This document shows, in pieces, positions 26,216 through 37,794 of a stretch of DNA of 64,000 bases. This DNA is from Malacoraja senta. Taxonomy: Eukaryota. The translations under genes and the position numbers were made by a program. The notes under the pieces were generated by a model. It had not been told where the DNA came from. It searched no databases and saw only the letters and a list, made by a program, of their open reading frames with translations. How positions within the stretch are numbered: the first letter of the stretch is position 1; every line of letters starts with the position of its first letter. The stretch is from assembly GCA_038087875.1 (NCBI GenBank), contig JAXLNO010004868.1:62001-126000 (forward strand). The letters are read 5' to 3'.

Positions 26216-26490
26216 GGGTGGCATAGTGGCGCAGCAGTAGAGTCAGATTCAATCCTGACTACAGGTGCTGTCTGTTCGGAGTTTGTACGTTCTCCCTGTG
26301 ACCGCATGTGTTTTCTCTGGATGCTCCTGTTTCCTCACGTACAGACGTACAGGTTTGTAGGTTAATTGGTTTCTATAAATTGTAAATTGTCACTTATGTG
26401 CAGGACAATGCCAGTGTTCGGGGTGATCGCTGGTTGGCACGGACTTGGTGGGCTGAAGAGCCTGTTTCCACGTTGTATCTCAAACGTCTC
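26216..26490 (+). mobile_element. V-SINE (HE1-like)
   Basis: tRNA head, V core and tail as in the other copies. Confidence 0.8.
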
Positions 26491-26922
26491 AAGTTCTGAG
26501 GATGGTATAGGAAGAAATTTGCAATTATTATAGTTGTGAAGAAAAATAGCGACTCCGCTAAATTCCTTCGATGGTGGGGAGGTCAGTACCCGTGATGGAC
26601 TGGGCACTGTTCACAACTTTTTGTAGTCTTCTTCGCTCCTTGGCGTTCAAGTTGCCGAACCAAGCTGTGATGCAACCAGTCAATATGCTCTCTGCTGTAC
26701 ACCTGTAGAAGTTCAAGGGAATCCTGTCTGACAGACCAAATCTCTGTAATCTTCTCAGGAAGTTGAGGAGTTGATGGGTGTAATGTATTCGTGCATATTC
26801 ATGTATATGCTGATGAGTTGGTGTTGTATATGTAGGGAATGTTGGGTAATAAACCTCTCTCGTGATCCAGGCAGCCTGCGTGTAAGTTGTTATTCATTCT
26901 GCTGTCCGGAATATAACAAAAT

Positions 26923-26940
26923 TGGCAACGAGGATGGGAT
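26923..26940 (+). promoter_or_regulatory. Primer binding site complementary to tRNA-Ser(GCT)
   Basis: TGGCAACGAGGATGGGAT matches 17/18 the complement of the vertebrate tRNA-Ser(GCT) 3' end (ATCCCATCCTCGTCGCCA, from memory). Confidence 0.85.
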
Positions 26941-28967
26941 AGAGTTTGTGAACTCATCCTTTAAATACAATGCAGGACTGTTTTGCAACATGCAGTATTG
27001 TTTAACAGTTTAAACAGTAAATATGGAGTTGTGTCGCAGTTGTTTGCGAGATGGACACGATAGGCCGCAGATCCTTCTATGCAGGGCACTGTAGTTTAAA
27101 ACAGCAGCTGTAAAAATCGGCAAGAGTTTGTCAGGCTATCTCTATGTTGTGTCTACGTGGCAAGATGTCATCCTTGGGAGTGTATAACATTTTAGACTGA
27201 GGTTTTTTTGTTGAATTCCTCAAGCTGAATAGCTTTTGTACAGCTACGTTTTAGGTGAATTATTACACCAGAACATACAGGAATTCGGGGTTTTTGAACG
27301 GACTTTAAAAACAAAGAGAACGACACGATGGCAGCGTCCACGGGCTACATCAGAAACCTTGGCACTTTTGACAAGAGTAGAGAGCCGTTCAGCTCCTATA
27401 TAGAAAGAGCAAACATGTTTTTCACGGCAAACAATACATTGGAGATTAGTGGTGAAGGAGAGATAGTGACTGAAACAAATAAAGCCGCTTGCGAACGCAT
27501 GAAAGCGATTCTGCTCATGGAGCTCGGGGGCGCCGTAACGGACAAGCTGCTAGTGCATCTGAAGGCAATAGCGAGTTTGCGATCTCCCGCAGCTATGGGA
27601 GCCTCCGACTGCAAGCGTTCCCTGGACGGCTGGAGAGAACCCGACCCATCGAGAAATCAAAGGGACCGTACCTGGAAAGATCTCCGAAGCCGACGAGCAG
27701 GATTTACCGGGAGCAACGGAGCTGGAGCTGCCGTCTGTGTGAGAATCCCCAATCGGAACGGAGCTGGAGCTGCCGTCTGCAAGGGAATCCCCTACCAGGG
27801 CAGGTTCACAGAAACAACAGGTATAGTAAGAACAGTACCTGGAAACTACGAGGAGGTCTCCATTGTGTCCGGAAACGTGGCCGACGGGCAGGACTTCAGG
27901 TCAGACTGAAGCGCAGGGGACTTCGGCCCCCTCTCCCTACTATCCTACTGGCCAACGTACAGTCCCTTGAAAATAAAGTGGAGGACTTGAGGTCAAGGCT
28001 GCTTTATCAAAGGGAGATGAGGAAATGCTGTGATCTGTTTCACAGAGACATGGCTCACCCCCAGCTCCCCAGACTCAGTGGTCCAGCCTGAAGGATTCTC
28101 CATCCACAGTATGGACCGTACGCAGGCATCTGGGAAAGGGAGAGGAGGGGGCATCTGCCTCATGGTCAACTCTGCGTGGTGTTCAGACTTGGCAGTCCTT
28201 TCCAACTCCTGCTCTCCACACCTTGAACATCTGGCGGTGAAGTGCCGTCCCTTCTACCTTCCAAGGGAATTCACCTCCATCATCCTGACCGCGGTCAACA
28301 TCCCACCCCAGGCAGACGTCCACCTGGCACTGGAGGAGCTGCATGCCGTGGTCAACAAACACCAGACGTCTTACCCCGAGGCGTTTACCACCAAAGCTGG
28401 GGACTTCAATAAAGCAAACCTTACAAAATCGCTCCCTAACTTCCACCAACATGTCTCCTGCTGCACCAGGGGTCCAAACACCCTCGACCACTGCTACACC
28501 ACCATTAAGAATGCCTATCACTCTATCCCTCGCCCTCACTTCGGTAAATCCGCCCTTACCGCGGTGCTGCTTCTTCCTGCCTACAGGCAGCAATTGAAGA
28601 GCGCACCCCCAGAGGTGAGGACTGTACAGAGCTGGTCGGGGGGGAGGGGGGGGGGAGGCAGAGGAACAACTCCAGGACTGTTTGGAGTCTGTGGACTGGG
28701 TAATGTTCAGGGACTCGGCAACGGACCTGAACGAATACACCACAGTCGTTACAGACTTCATAAAGAAATGTGTGGAGGACTGCATCCCTACAAAAACCTT
28801 CCGAGTGTTTCCCAATCAGAAGCCTTGGATGAACTTTGAGATCCGCACTCTTCTGAAGACCAGACACCGGGCATTCATGTCTGATGATACAGTGGTCTAC
28901 AAGAAGTCCAGATACGACGTTGGTAAGGCCATCAAAAAGGCCAAAAGGGACCTGCTCCAAGCTGGAG

Positions 28968-29608
28968 AATAGAATCATAGAAACATAGAAAATAGGTGCA
29001 GGAGTAGGCCATTCGGCCATTCGAGCCTGCACTGCCATTCAATATGATCATGGCTGATAACTCAGTATCCTGTACCTGCCTTCTCTCCATACCCCCTGAT
29101 CCCTTTAGCCATAAGGGTCACATCTAACTCCCTCTTAAATATAGCCAATGAACTGGCCTCAACTACATTCTGTGACAGAGAATTCCACAGATTCACCACT
29201 CTCTGTGAGAAAAATGATTTTCTCATCTTGGTCCTAAAAGACTTCCCCCTTATCCTTAAACTGTGACCTTCTGGACTTCCCCAACATCGGGAACAATCTT
29301 CCTGCATCTAGCCTGTCCAACCCCTTAAGAATTTTGTAAGTTTCTATACGATCCCCCCTCAATCTTCTAATTTCTAGCAAGTACAAGCCGAGGCTATCCA
29401 GTCTTTCTTCATATGAAAGTCCTTCCATCCCAGGAATCAGTCTGGTGAACCTTCTCTGTACTCCCTCTATGGCAAGAATGTCTTTCCTCAGATTAGGAGA
29501 CCAAAACTGTACGCAATACTCCAGGTGTGGCCTCACCAAGACCCTGTACAACTGCAGTAGAACCTCCCTGCTCTTATACTCAAATCCTTTTGCTATGCCT
29601 TTTGCTAT
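28968..29608 (-). mobile_element. 5'-truncated CR1 inserted in the Rex1 ORF
   Basis: Rex1 frame SKLE | DETDVRQLW resumes across it; near-identical to the 3' end of the CR1 at 37795-41237. Confidence 0.92.
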
Positions 29609-31103
29609 GATGAGACGGATGTTCGGCAGCTGTGGCTGGGCCTGAATGCAATCACCTCCTACAAGGCGAAATCAGGAGGTAGCTCGAATGTCGGCGTAAG
29701 AACACTCCCTGACGAGCTCAATGCGTTTTACGCACGTTTTGATAGGGAGAACACTGATGTGCCTTCTCGAGCCCCCATTCGCTGTGATGGCATTTCAGTC
29801 ACAGTCACAGTCACAGAGGCCGACGTCAGAAAATCCTTCAGAGGGGTGAACCCTCGAAAAGCGCCTGGACCTGATGGTATACACGGTTGTGTTCTAATAA
29901 CCTGTGCGGACCAACTGGCTGGAGTTTTTACGGACATTTTCAACCTCTCACTTCTGAGGTCTGAGGTTCCCACCTGCTTTAAAAGGGCATCAATTATACC
30001 GGTGCCCAAGAAGAGCAAGGTGACGTGCCTCAATGACTATCGACCAGTGGCACTAACTTCGGTGATGATGAAGTGCTTTGAGAGGTTGATCATGGCGCAA
30101 ATCAACTCCTACCTCGACAAAAACCTGGACCCACTGCAGTTCGCCTACCGCCACAACAGATCAACAGTGGATGCGATCTCGCTGGCTCTCCATTCCGCTC
30201 TGGGCCACTTGGACAACAAAAAATCATATGTCAGGCTGTTATTCATTGATTACAGCTCAGCATTTAATACAATCATCCCCTCGAAGCTGGTTACCAAACT
30301 CGCAGAACTGGGTCTCTGCGCATCCCTCTGCAATTGGATCCTCGACTTCCTCATTCACAGACCACAGACTGTTCGAATTGGTGGAAATGTGTCAGCGTCG
30401 ATAACAATCAGCATGGGAGCACCTCAAGGCTGCGTGCTCGGCCCCCTGCTGTACTCACTCTATACTCATGACTGCGTAGCCGGTCATAGTACGAACACCA
30501 TCATCAAGTTCGCTGACTACACCACTGTTGTGGGACGTATCACTGATGGGGACGAGTCAGAGTATAGAAGTGAGATCGACCGACTGACTAAATGGTGCCA
30601 GCACAATAACCTGGCCCTCAACACCAGCAAAACCAAGGAACTGATTGTGGACTTTGTAAGGGGTAGGATGGGGACCCACAGTCCCGTTTATATCAACGGG
30701 TCGACGGTGGAGAGGGTCAAGAGATTCAAATTCCTGGGACGTGCACATTTCTGAAGATCTCCCCTGGTCCGAGAACACTGATGCAATTATAAAGAAAGCA
30801 CATCAGCGCCTCTACTTCCTGAGAAGATTACGGAGAGTCGGTATGTCAAGGAGGACTCTCTCTAACTTCTACAGGTGCACAGTAGAGAGCATGTTGACCG
30901 GTTGCATCGTGGCTTGGTTCGGCAACTTGAGTGCCCAGGAACGGAAAAGACTACAAAAAGTAGTAAACACTGCCCAGTGCATCATCGGCTCTGACATCCC
31001 TACCATCGAGGGGATCTATCGCAGTCGCTGCCTCAAAAAGGCTGGCAGTATCATCAAGGACCCACACCATCCTCGCCACACACTCATCTCCCCGCTACCT
31101 TTA

Positions 31104-32950
31104 AAGGTCTGTCTCACTGTGCGAGTTGACCTACGAGTGACCCCGAGTGAAAGACTCGTGGTTGCGTACGAGACTACAAGTTTATGATCCAGAGTTTAAC
31201 CGAGTTCCCACGGGTATGTCTAAGTTTGCCGTTTACTTCTCATTTCTGCAATGTTCCAAGTTCGTCTCCCGAGTGTACCAAGTTCCTCTCCCGTTAATCT
31301 TGAGGCAACAATGTATATCGAAGTGTTGAAAAATCATCACACGTTAAAAAAATGATGTCATGCCAGCCAAAGAACGTAGAGACTATTGTGTTTGCTGCAT
31401 GTGTTCTGCACAACCTGATCCGTATCAGAGGTGCAGCTTCAGGATCAGCGACAGCCATGCAGCACAGTGACTTAGTGGACAGTCAAACAGGGAGAATAAC
31501 ACTAGGTGCGTGGAGGAGTGGTACAAACGACGAGACTTTGGTGCCACTGCAGTGTTTTCGAGGTAACACGGGGATCAACAGTGCAAAAGAGCAGAGAGAC
31601 CATCTCTGCTCCTACTATAATTCAGAATTGGGCAGTGTGCCGTGGCAGGACAGCTTATTTTGAGTGGCTGCCGACCACAGGTACATCACTGCATGAGGAG
31701 AGCCCACATGCAGAAAAATCCAGTTAATTTCATGTTTAGTTTAAATCCTGCTGACTTTTCATTGTTTAACTTTAAGTGTGGATTTTATTTTTTATTGTGG
31801 TGTAAAAGTAATTTCATTGCATCTGTCTTTCCTTTAAAACGTGGTTATCATGCATCTGCTTATCTGATTGTAGATCTCAAAACTTGTCATTTAGCACATT
31901 GCATTGTATCTTTTATTGCCTGAATTTAGACTTGTGCATTTCTCAGCTGAATTAGTATATAGTGGAAATACTTTTATTTGTGCTTCATTTGTTGATTTTC
32001 ATGTATGAGAAGCCCTTTTTCAGACCACTGCGTTGTTTGCTGTGGTGCTTCACCGTGATATGGGTTTGCAGGAAATTACGCATATTTCTCAATATGCGCA
32101 AAAAAGCATTTTTTATATTGAACAAGAATAAAGACTTTGTTTCACATTCAAGACATTTGTTTCACATAAGACTTTGTCTTATTTTCTGATCTACTGAGAG
32201 GTGACAATTTTAAACATTTAAAAAGCACAGCATATGAGGCAGCTGAGTCCTTAAATCTCACAAATGATTGTGAGAATCAAGATGTGAATATATTTTGCCT
32301 TCCTCTATTTTGTGTTTTATGATGAAAGGAATATTACATTCAAGTCATGAGACTTTGTAGTGATATTAAAATGAAGACTTCCAGACATCAATTTGATCTT
32401 GATAGCAAAGAACTCTCTTTTATTGTGCAATGAAGTAAACAAACAGTGAGAATCAAACGGCTCAGCAAAAAGCTTTTCAACACAACACAACACAACACAA
32501 ATTTATATATAAACTTCAAGCAATTTTTTCTTTTCAACCCACTCTGTCACCTTATCAATAACTTGCTTAACTTTGTTAAGCAGAATTTGTCTTTAAAAAG
32601 TCTAAGTAACTGATATTTCTGTCCCTGATTATTGTTTCTAAAAAGAGATCCCACGGTAGAATCACGAGTCACAAAGTTAAACGCACGGGCCACTACATTC
32701 TTACAACGAGTTTAAAATGTTTCACATTTTAACCACAGTACATTTTACTCGTGGAAAAGTACAAACATGTTTGAACTTTTGCAAGAGTTAACAAGTTTCA
32801 CGGGTACCTCCCGATAGCGCCAAGAGTCGCTAAGTTGCGTCCACGAGTTCTGACGTTCCCGCTACGTTAATTGTACGTGATTACCACGAGTTAAATTTGT
32901 TTTAAACTCGGGGTCACTCGTGGGTCAACTCGCACAGTGAGACAGCCCTT
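31104..32950 (+). mobile_element. PIF/Harbinger DNA transposon deletion derivative
   Basis: ~45-bp TIRs (aagg[t/g]ctgtctcactgtgcgagttgacc[t/c]acgagtgaccccgagt); TTA TSD at 31101-31103 and 32951-32953; ORF 31352-31663 (AACVLHNL...RDHLCSYY...GSVPWQ) is a Harbinger transposase C-terminus. Confidence 0.93.
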
Positions 32951-33876
32951 TTAGGTAGAAGATACAGGAGCCTGAAGACTGCAACGTCCAGGTTCAGAAA
33001 TACTGTAGCTACTTCCCCACAGCCATCAGGCTATTAAACTCAACTAATACAAAACTCTGAACATTCATAGTCCATTATCTGTTTATTTGCATGTTATCTG
33101 TTTATTTAATCATGTGTGTATATATTTATATAATGGTATGACACACTGATCTGTTCTGTATTATTCATGCCTACTATATTCTGTTGTGCTGAAGCAAAGC
33201 AAAAATTTCATTGTCCTATCTGGGACACATGACAATAAACTCTCTTGAATCTTGAATCTTCTTGCACCCTTAAAGGCAAAAGACGTGTCATTCAATGACA
33301 TTATGAAGAAGTTGGAAGAGCACTTCAACCCAAACCCTCTGGAAATTGCAGAAAGCTATAAATTTGGCACAAGAAACCAGAAGCAGGATGAGACAATCAA
33401 TGAGTACATTATTGCCTTGAAAAACTTAAGTTTACACTGTAACTTTGGAACCTTTCTCGGACGCGCCCTATGCGATAGGTTTGTTTGTGGTCTAGTGGAT
33501 GAACAAATTCAGTCCAAACTCATGAACACTCCAGATCTTACATTCGAGAAAGCATGCAAGATTGCTACCACAATGGAGATGGCATCAAAGAATGCTCGCG
33601 AGTTTCACCCACCACGGACTGCAGTGGCCGTTTACAGTCACAAGGCAGTGCCGATGGCCAAACCAAGAGGCGCTAAACCAAAACCAAAATATGGAAGGGA
33701 GCCAGTTGTTATCGTTGCAACGGTAATCACTCATGACAATTTTGTCAGTTGAAAATGGCCAAGTGCTATAACTGCCAGAAGAAAGGCCATATCGCCTCAG
33801 CATGTCAGGCGAAGCTTAAAACAGGAAACCAACAATCTGCGGGAATCAAGCACAACACCAGAAAGGAGTTCATAAC

Positions 33877-36654
33877 TTGGAGATGAACACAGATGGAAAT
33901 GAACTTGGGTTGTACACCATTTATGCAACCAACATCGATAAGCCTGCAACCAGCCAAGGCAAGGACTTTAGAATGAAACTATTGATAAATGAACAGCATA
34001 TCGATATGTGTATTGACACGGCAGCAGATTGTTCGGTCATGAACAGAGACCTGTACGAAACAAAGTTCCCACAGATACCATTGTTTGAGAGTAAGGTCAA
34101 GCTGAGAACCTACTCGGGCGAAGTTTTGGAGACATGTGGACAAATGAACTGTAAAGTTCAGCATAATGGTCAGTCAGTAACACTGCCCATCATAGTGGCC
34201 AGTTACAGAAATAACCCAACCCTCCTTGGAAAGATTGGCTGAGTAGAATAGAGTTAGACTGGAAGAACATTTTCAGCGTCAATTTGTCCAAATCTCGTCT
34301 TGAAAACGTCATAAGCAAAAATGCAGACATTTTTGCTGACAGTTACACGGGAATAACAGGGTACTCTGCACACATTCGACTTAAGCAAAATGAGAGACCT
34401 GTGTATTGTCGACCAAGACCTGTACCATATGCACTAAAGCAACAAGTGGAGGAAGAACTCGACAGGTTAGAGCGTAATGGAGTACTCATGAAGACAAACC
34501 AGAGTAACTGGGCAACGCCAATTGTTAGCCGTACCCAAGGCCGACAAAACTGTTTGACTATGTGGTGACTACAGTCACAATCAACCAAGCCGTTGATGAC
34601 GAACAATATCCGTTGCCAACCTCGCAAGATCTGTACGCAGAACTTAGCGGTGCAAGAGTCTTCACTAAACTGGATTTGTCTCACGCTTACGCCCAACTCA
34701 ATGTCGACAAGGAAAGTCAGCAGTACTTGACGATCAACACACATAAGGGCTTGTATTCATATACAAAGCTACCCTATGGTGTGAAATCCTCCCCGAAAAT
34801 TTTCCAGTCTGTCATGGGCAAAATGTTACAAGGCATTCCGCACTGTGTGTGCAACCAGGATGACCTACTGATATTCACAGAGGGCATGGTAGAACATCTG
34901 GAAATCCTTGAGCAAGTTCTCACACGACTGAACTGCCACAATATCAAACTGTGACAAAGTAAATGTGCATTTGCGCTGTCAGAGGTGGTCTACCTTGCAC
35001 TCAAAGTAGATGCCAATGGACTTCGCCCTGTGAAGGCGAAAGTTGAAGCAATAGTGAATGCTCCATAACCCAACAAGGTGTCAGAGCTACGATCATTCCT
35101 TGGGATGGTGCAGTTCTATGCACGATTCCTTCCAGATTTAGCAACTGTGTTAAAGCCACTACATCATCTGCTACAAAAAGATGCGAAATGGACGTGAGGA
35201 AAGGAACAGCAACATGCATATGACATCTGCAAGGAAAACTTGACAAGTTAAAAACTTCTTGTTCACTATGATAGGACACGCGAGATGAAACTTGCTTGTG
35301 ATGTTTTAAGTTATGGTGTAGGTGCAGTGATCTCCCACATAATGAGTGACGGACAGGAAAAGCCTATTGCTTTTGCATCCCGCACCCTATCACCGAGTGA
35401 ACGCAATTATGCACAGATAGAAAAGGAAGCACTCAGCATCGTGTTCGGAATCAAGAAATTCCATCTGTTTCTTCTCGGCAGACCATTCACCCTAGTGACT
35501 GATCACAAGCCACTACTAGTGATACTTGGTCCCACGTCAGCTGTACCTTCCATGGCGGCATCAAGGATGCAGCACTGGGCAATTCTGCTGTTGCAGTATG
35601 ACTACAAGGTGGAGTACAGAAGCTCCAAGTGCAACGCAGTTGCAGATGCGTTGTCCCGGTTGCCCCATGAGAACTCTGACGTGGGAAGTGAGAACTCAAT
35701 CTACACACTACAAGTTGTAGATGAAGAATTTCCAGTGACTGCAACAGAAATTGCAGCAGAAACAAAGAAAAACAATGTGCTGAAGTGGGTTTATGGACAG
35801 ACCTTGAATGGTTGGACTGAAATCGATAGTGGATTGAACTCAGTTCTGAACTCAGTGCTGAAACCTTTCCATAATCGACGCCATGAATTATCATGTCAGC
35901 AGGGATGCATTAAGTGGGGTTACAGAGATGTTGTACCAGAGTCTTTGTGAAACAAAATTATGAACGAACTTCATGCCGAACATCCTGGCATTGTAAGCAT
36001 GAAGTCAATTGCCAGAAGTTTTGTGTATTGGCCTGGTATTGACAGTGACATCGAGTCACTGGTGAGCAAATGTAGCATCCAAAATCACCACTGCAACCCT
36101 GGTCATGGCCACGTAGACCTTTTCAGAGAGTTCATGTAGACTTTTGCGAAAAGGGTAATGATCACTTTCTGGTACTAGTAGATAGTCATTCCAAATGGAT
36201 TGAGGTTAAGCATATGGGGTCAAGCACTACTACTGAGTGTACCATAGATGAGTTGAGATCCATTTTTGCATGCCATGGTTTACCGGAAGAACTTGTTTCT
36301 GATAACGGGCCTCAGTTTCGTTCAGAACGGTTCAAAGAGTTCATGCAGTCGAATGGTGTAAAACACACACTTGTTCCCTCATACCATCCAGCTTCCAACG
36401 GGGCGGCGGAAAGGTCTGTTAGAGTTGTCAAAGATGCTCTCCAGAATCAGGTTTTGCAGGGTAGTTCAAAGCTCAGCATGAAACATCGTTTGGCTAGTTT
36501 CTTGCTGAAGTGCAGAACCACACCACACACAACAACGGGTTACTCACTTGCAGAACTGTTGATGAAGAGAAGGCTAAGAATACGCCTAAGTCTAGTTCAA
36601 CCCAATTTGGCTTTGAGAGTTGAACAAAAACAATTGTCAAAAACGCCATTTTGA
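33877..36654 (+). pseudogene. Gypsy pol (protease, RT, RNase H, integrase), frameshifted with stops
   Basis: IDTAADCSV; KLDLSHAYAQ, LPYGVKSSP, NQDDLL; IAFASRTL...EKEALS...TDHKPL...ADALSRL; VSDNGPQF...HPASNGAAERSV. Confidence 0.92.
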
Positions 36655-36974
36655 CTCCCACAAAAAGGAGAGGTACTTCAAACCAGCTGAGCAGGTTCGT
36701 GTTCTCAGTCCTCCCAACAAGTCCAGTCGAGACAAATGAGATATTGGGAAAATAGTGGAAGTGTTTGGAACAAATAGTTACTTAGTGGAAGTTGGAGATA
36801 GGATCAAAAGTGTTCATGTTGATCAAATGATTCCAGCCAAAGATGAACCAAAAACTGAGCATGAAGTTATAATCCCTGAGTTTTTATCTGAGAGTGAGTT
36901 GGAAGAGACCACTGTAATTGAAACACAAAGTTCAGTCAGTACAGACAAAGAAACAAATCCTTCTGGTCAAAGTG

Positions 36975-37188
36975 TTAAAGAAGGAACTGCAGATGCTGGA
37001 AAATCGAAGGTACACAAAAATACTGGAGAAACTCAGCCGGTGCAGCAGCATCTATGGAGCGAAGGAGATAGGCAACGTTTCGGGCCGAAAACCTGAAGGA
37101 GGGTTTCGGCCCGAAACGTTGCCCATCTCCTTGGCTCCATAGATGCTGCTGCACCCGCTGTGTTTCTCCAGCATTTTTGTGTACCTTC
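36975..37188. mobile_element. Penelope-like terminal repeat, inverted pair (hairpin), inside the Gypsy 3' region
   Basis: ~85-bp arms (37006-37092 and 37102-37188) matching 46080-46198. Confidence 0.85.
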
Positions 37189-37794
37189 CCTCGGGTCAGT
37201 CAGGGTACTAAACCAGAGCCAAACAAGCCTACAGTTGAGTCAACACATAAACCTGTTACACCTGTTACTGTTAGACGATCAGGCAGGATTCGTAAACCAG
37301 TAGTCAGGTTAGGTTTGTAAGTTAAGTGATTCACTGTATAGGTAAAATGAAAATGTGTAAAATATGCAAAATAAACATATTATGTTTATTATTTAAGATT
37401 TCATGAATACTGGTTTAAATCAAGTATCATAACAACAAGAACATTGCAACTGTGTACTTAGATTTAATAATTAAAAAAAGGAGAGCAGTGTAATGTATTC
37501 ATGCATATTCATGTATATGCTAATGAGTTGGTGTTGTATATAAGTAGGGAATGTTGGGTAATAAATCTCTCTCGTGATCCAGGCAGCCTGCGTGTAAGTT
37601 GTTATTCATTCTGCTGTCCAGAATATAACAATGTGCTTTCTATATAATTGCATCATTGTGCTGGGTCCAGGAAAGAGCTTCAGAAATATGCACGCCCAGG
37701 AATTTTGAACTTTTGACTCTCTCCACCATCGTCCCGTCGATATAGACAGGTTTGTGGGTCCACATCCTTCCTCTTCCAAAGTCCACAATCAGTT

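Larger units (their letters stand above)
27526..33260 (+). mobile_element. Near full-length Rex1/Babar LINE (APE endonuclease and RT) inserted in Gypsy gag
   Basis: RGRRAG...LPTILLANVQSLENK, CFTETWL, GDFN, LDHCY, NDYRPVALTS, GAPQGCVLGP; 3' aataaa plus (tcttgaa)n tail; frameshifted. Confidence 0.93.
27328..33860 (+). pseudogene. Gypsy gag, split by the Rex1 insertion (27328-27525 and ~33255-33860)
   Basis: FSSYIERANMFFTAN...AILLMELG | NLLAP...RNQKQDETINEYI...DRFVCGL; two Cys/His knuckles CYRCNGNHS*QFC and CYNCQKKGHIASAC. Confidence 0.85.
26779..37630 (+). mobile_element. Gypsy (Mag-like) LTR retrotransposon, structurally complete, decayed and interrupted
   Basis: LTRs 26779-26918 and 37489-37630 (TG..CA; 4 substitutions and one 2-bp indel); PBS 26923-26940; PPT 37473-37488; 5-bp TSD atggg/atgtg; gag-PR-RT-RH-IN order. 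Confidence 0.95.
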
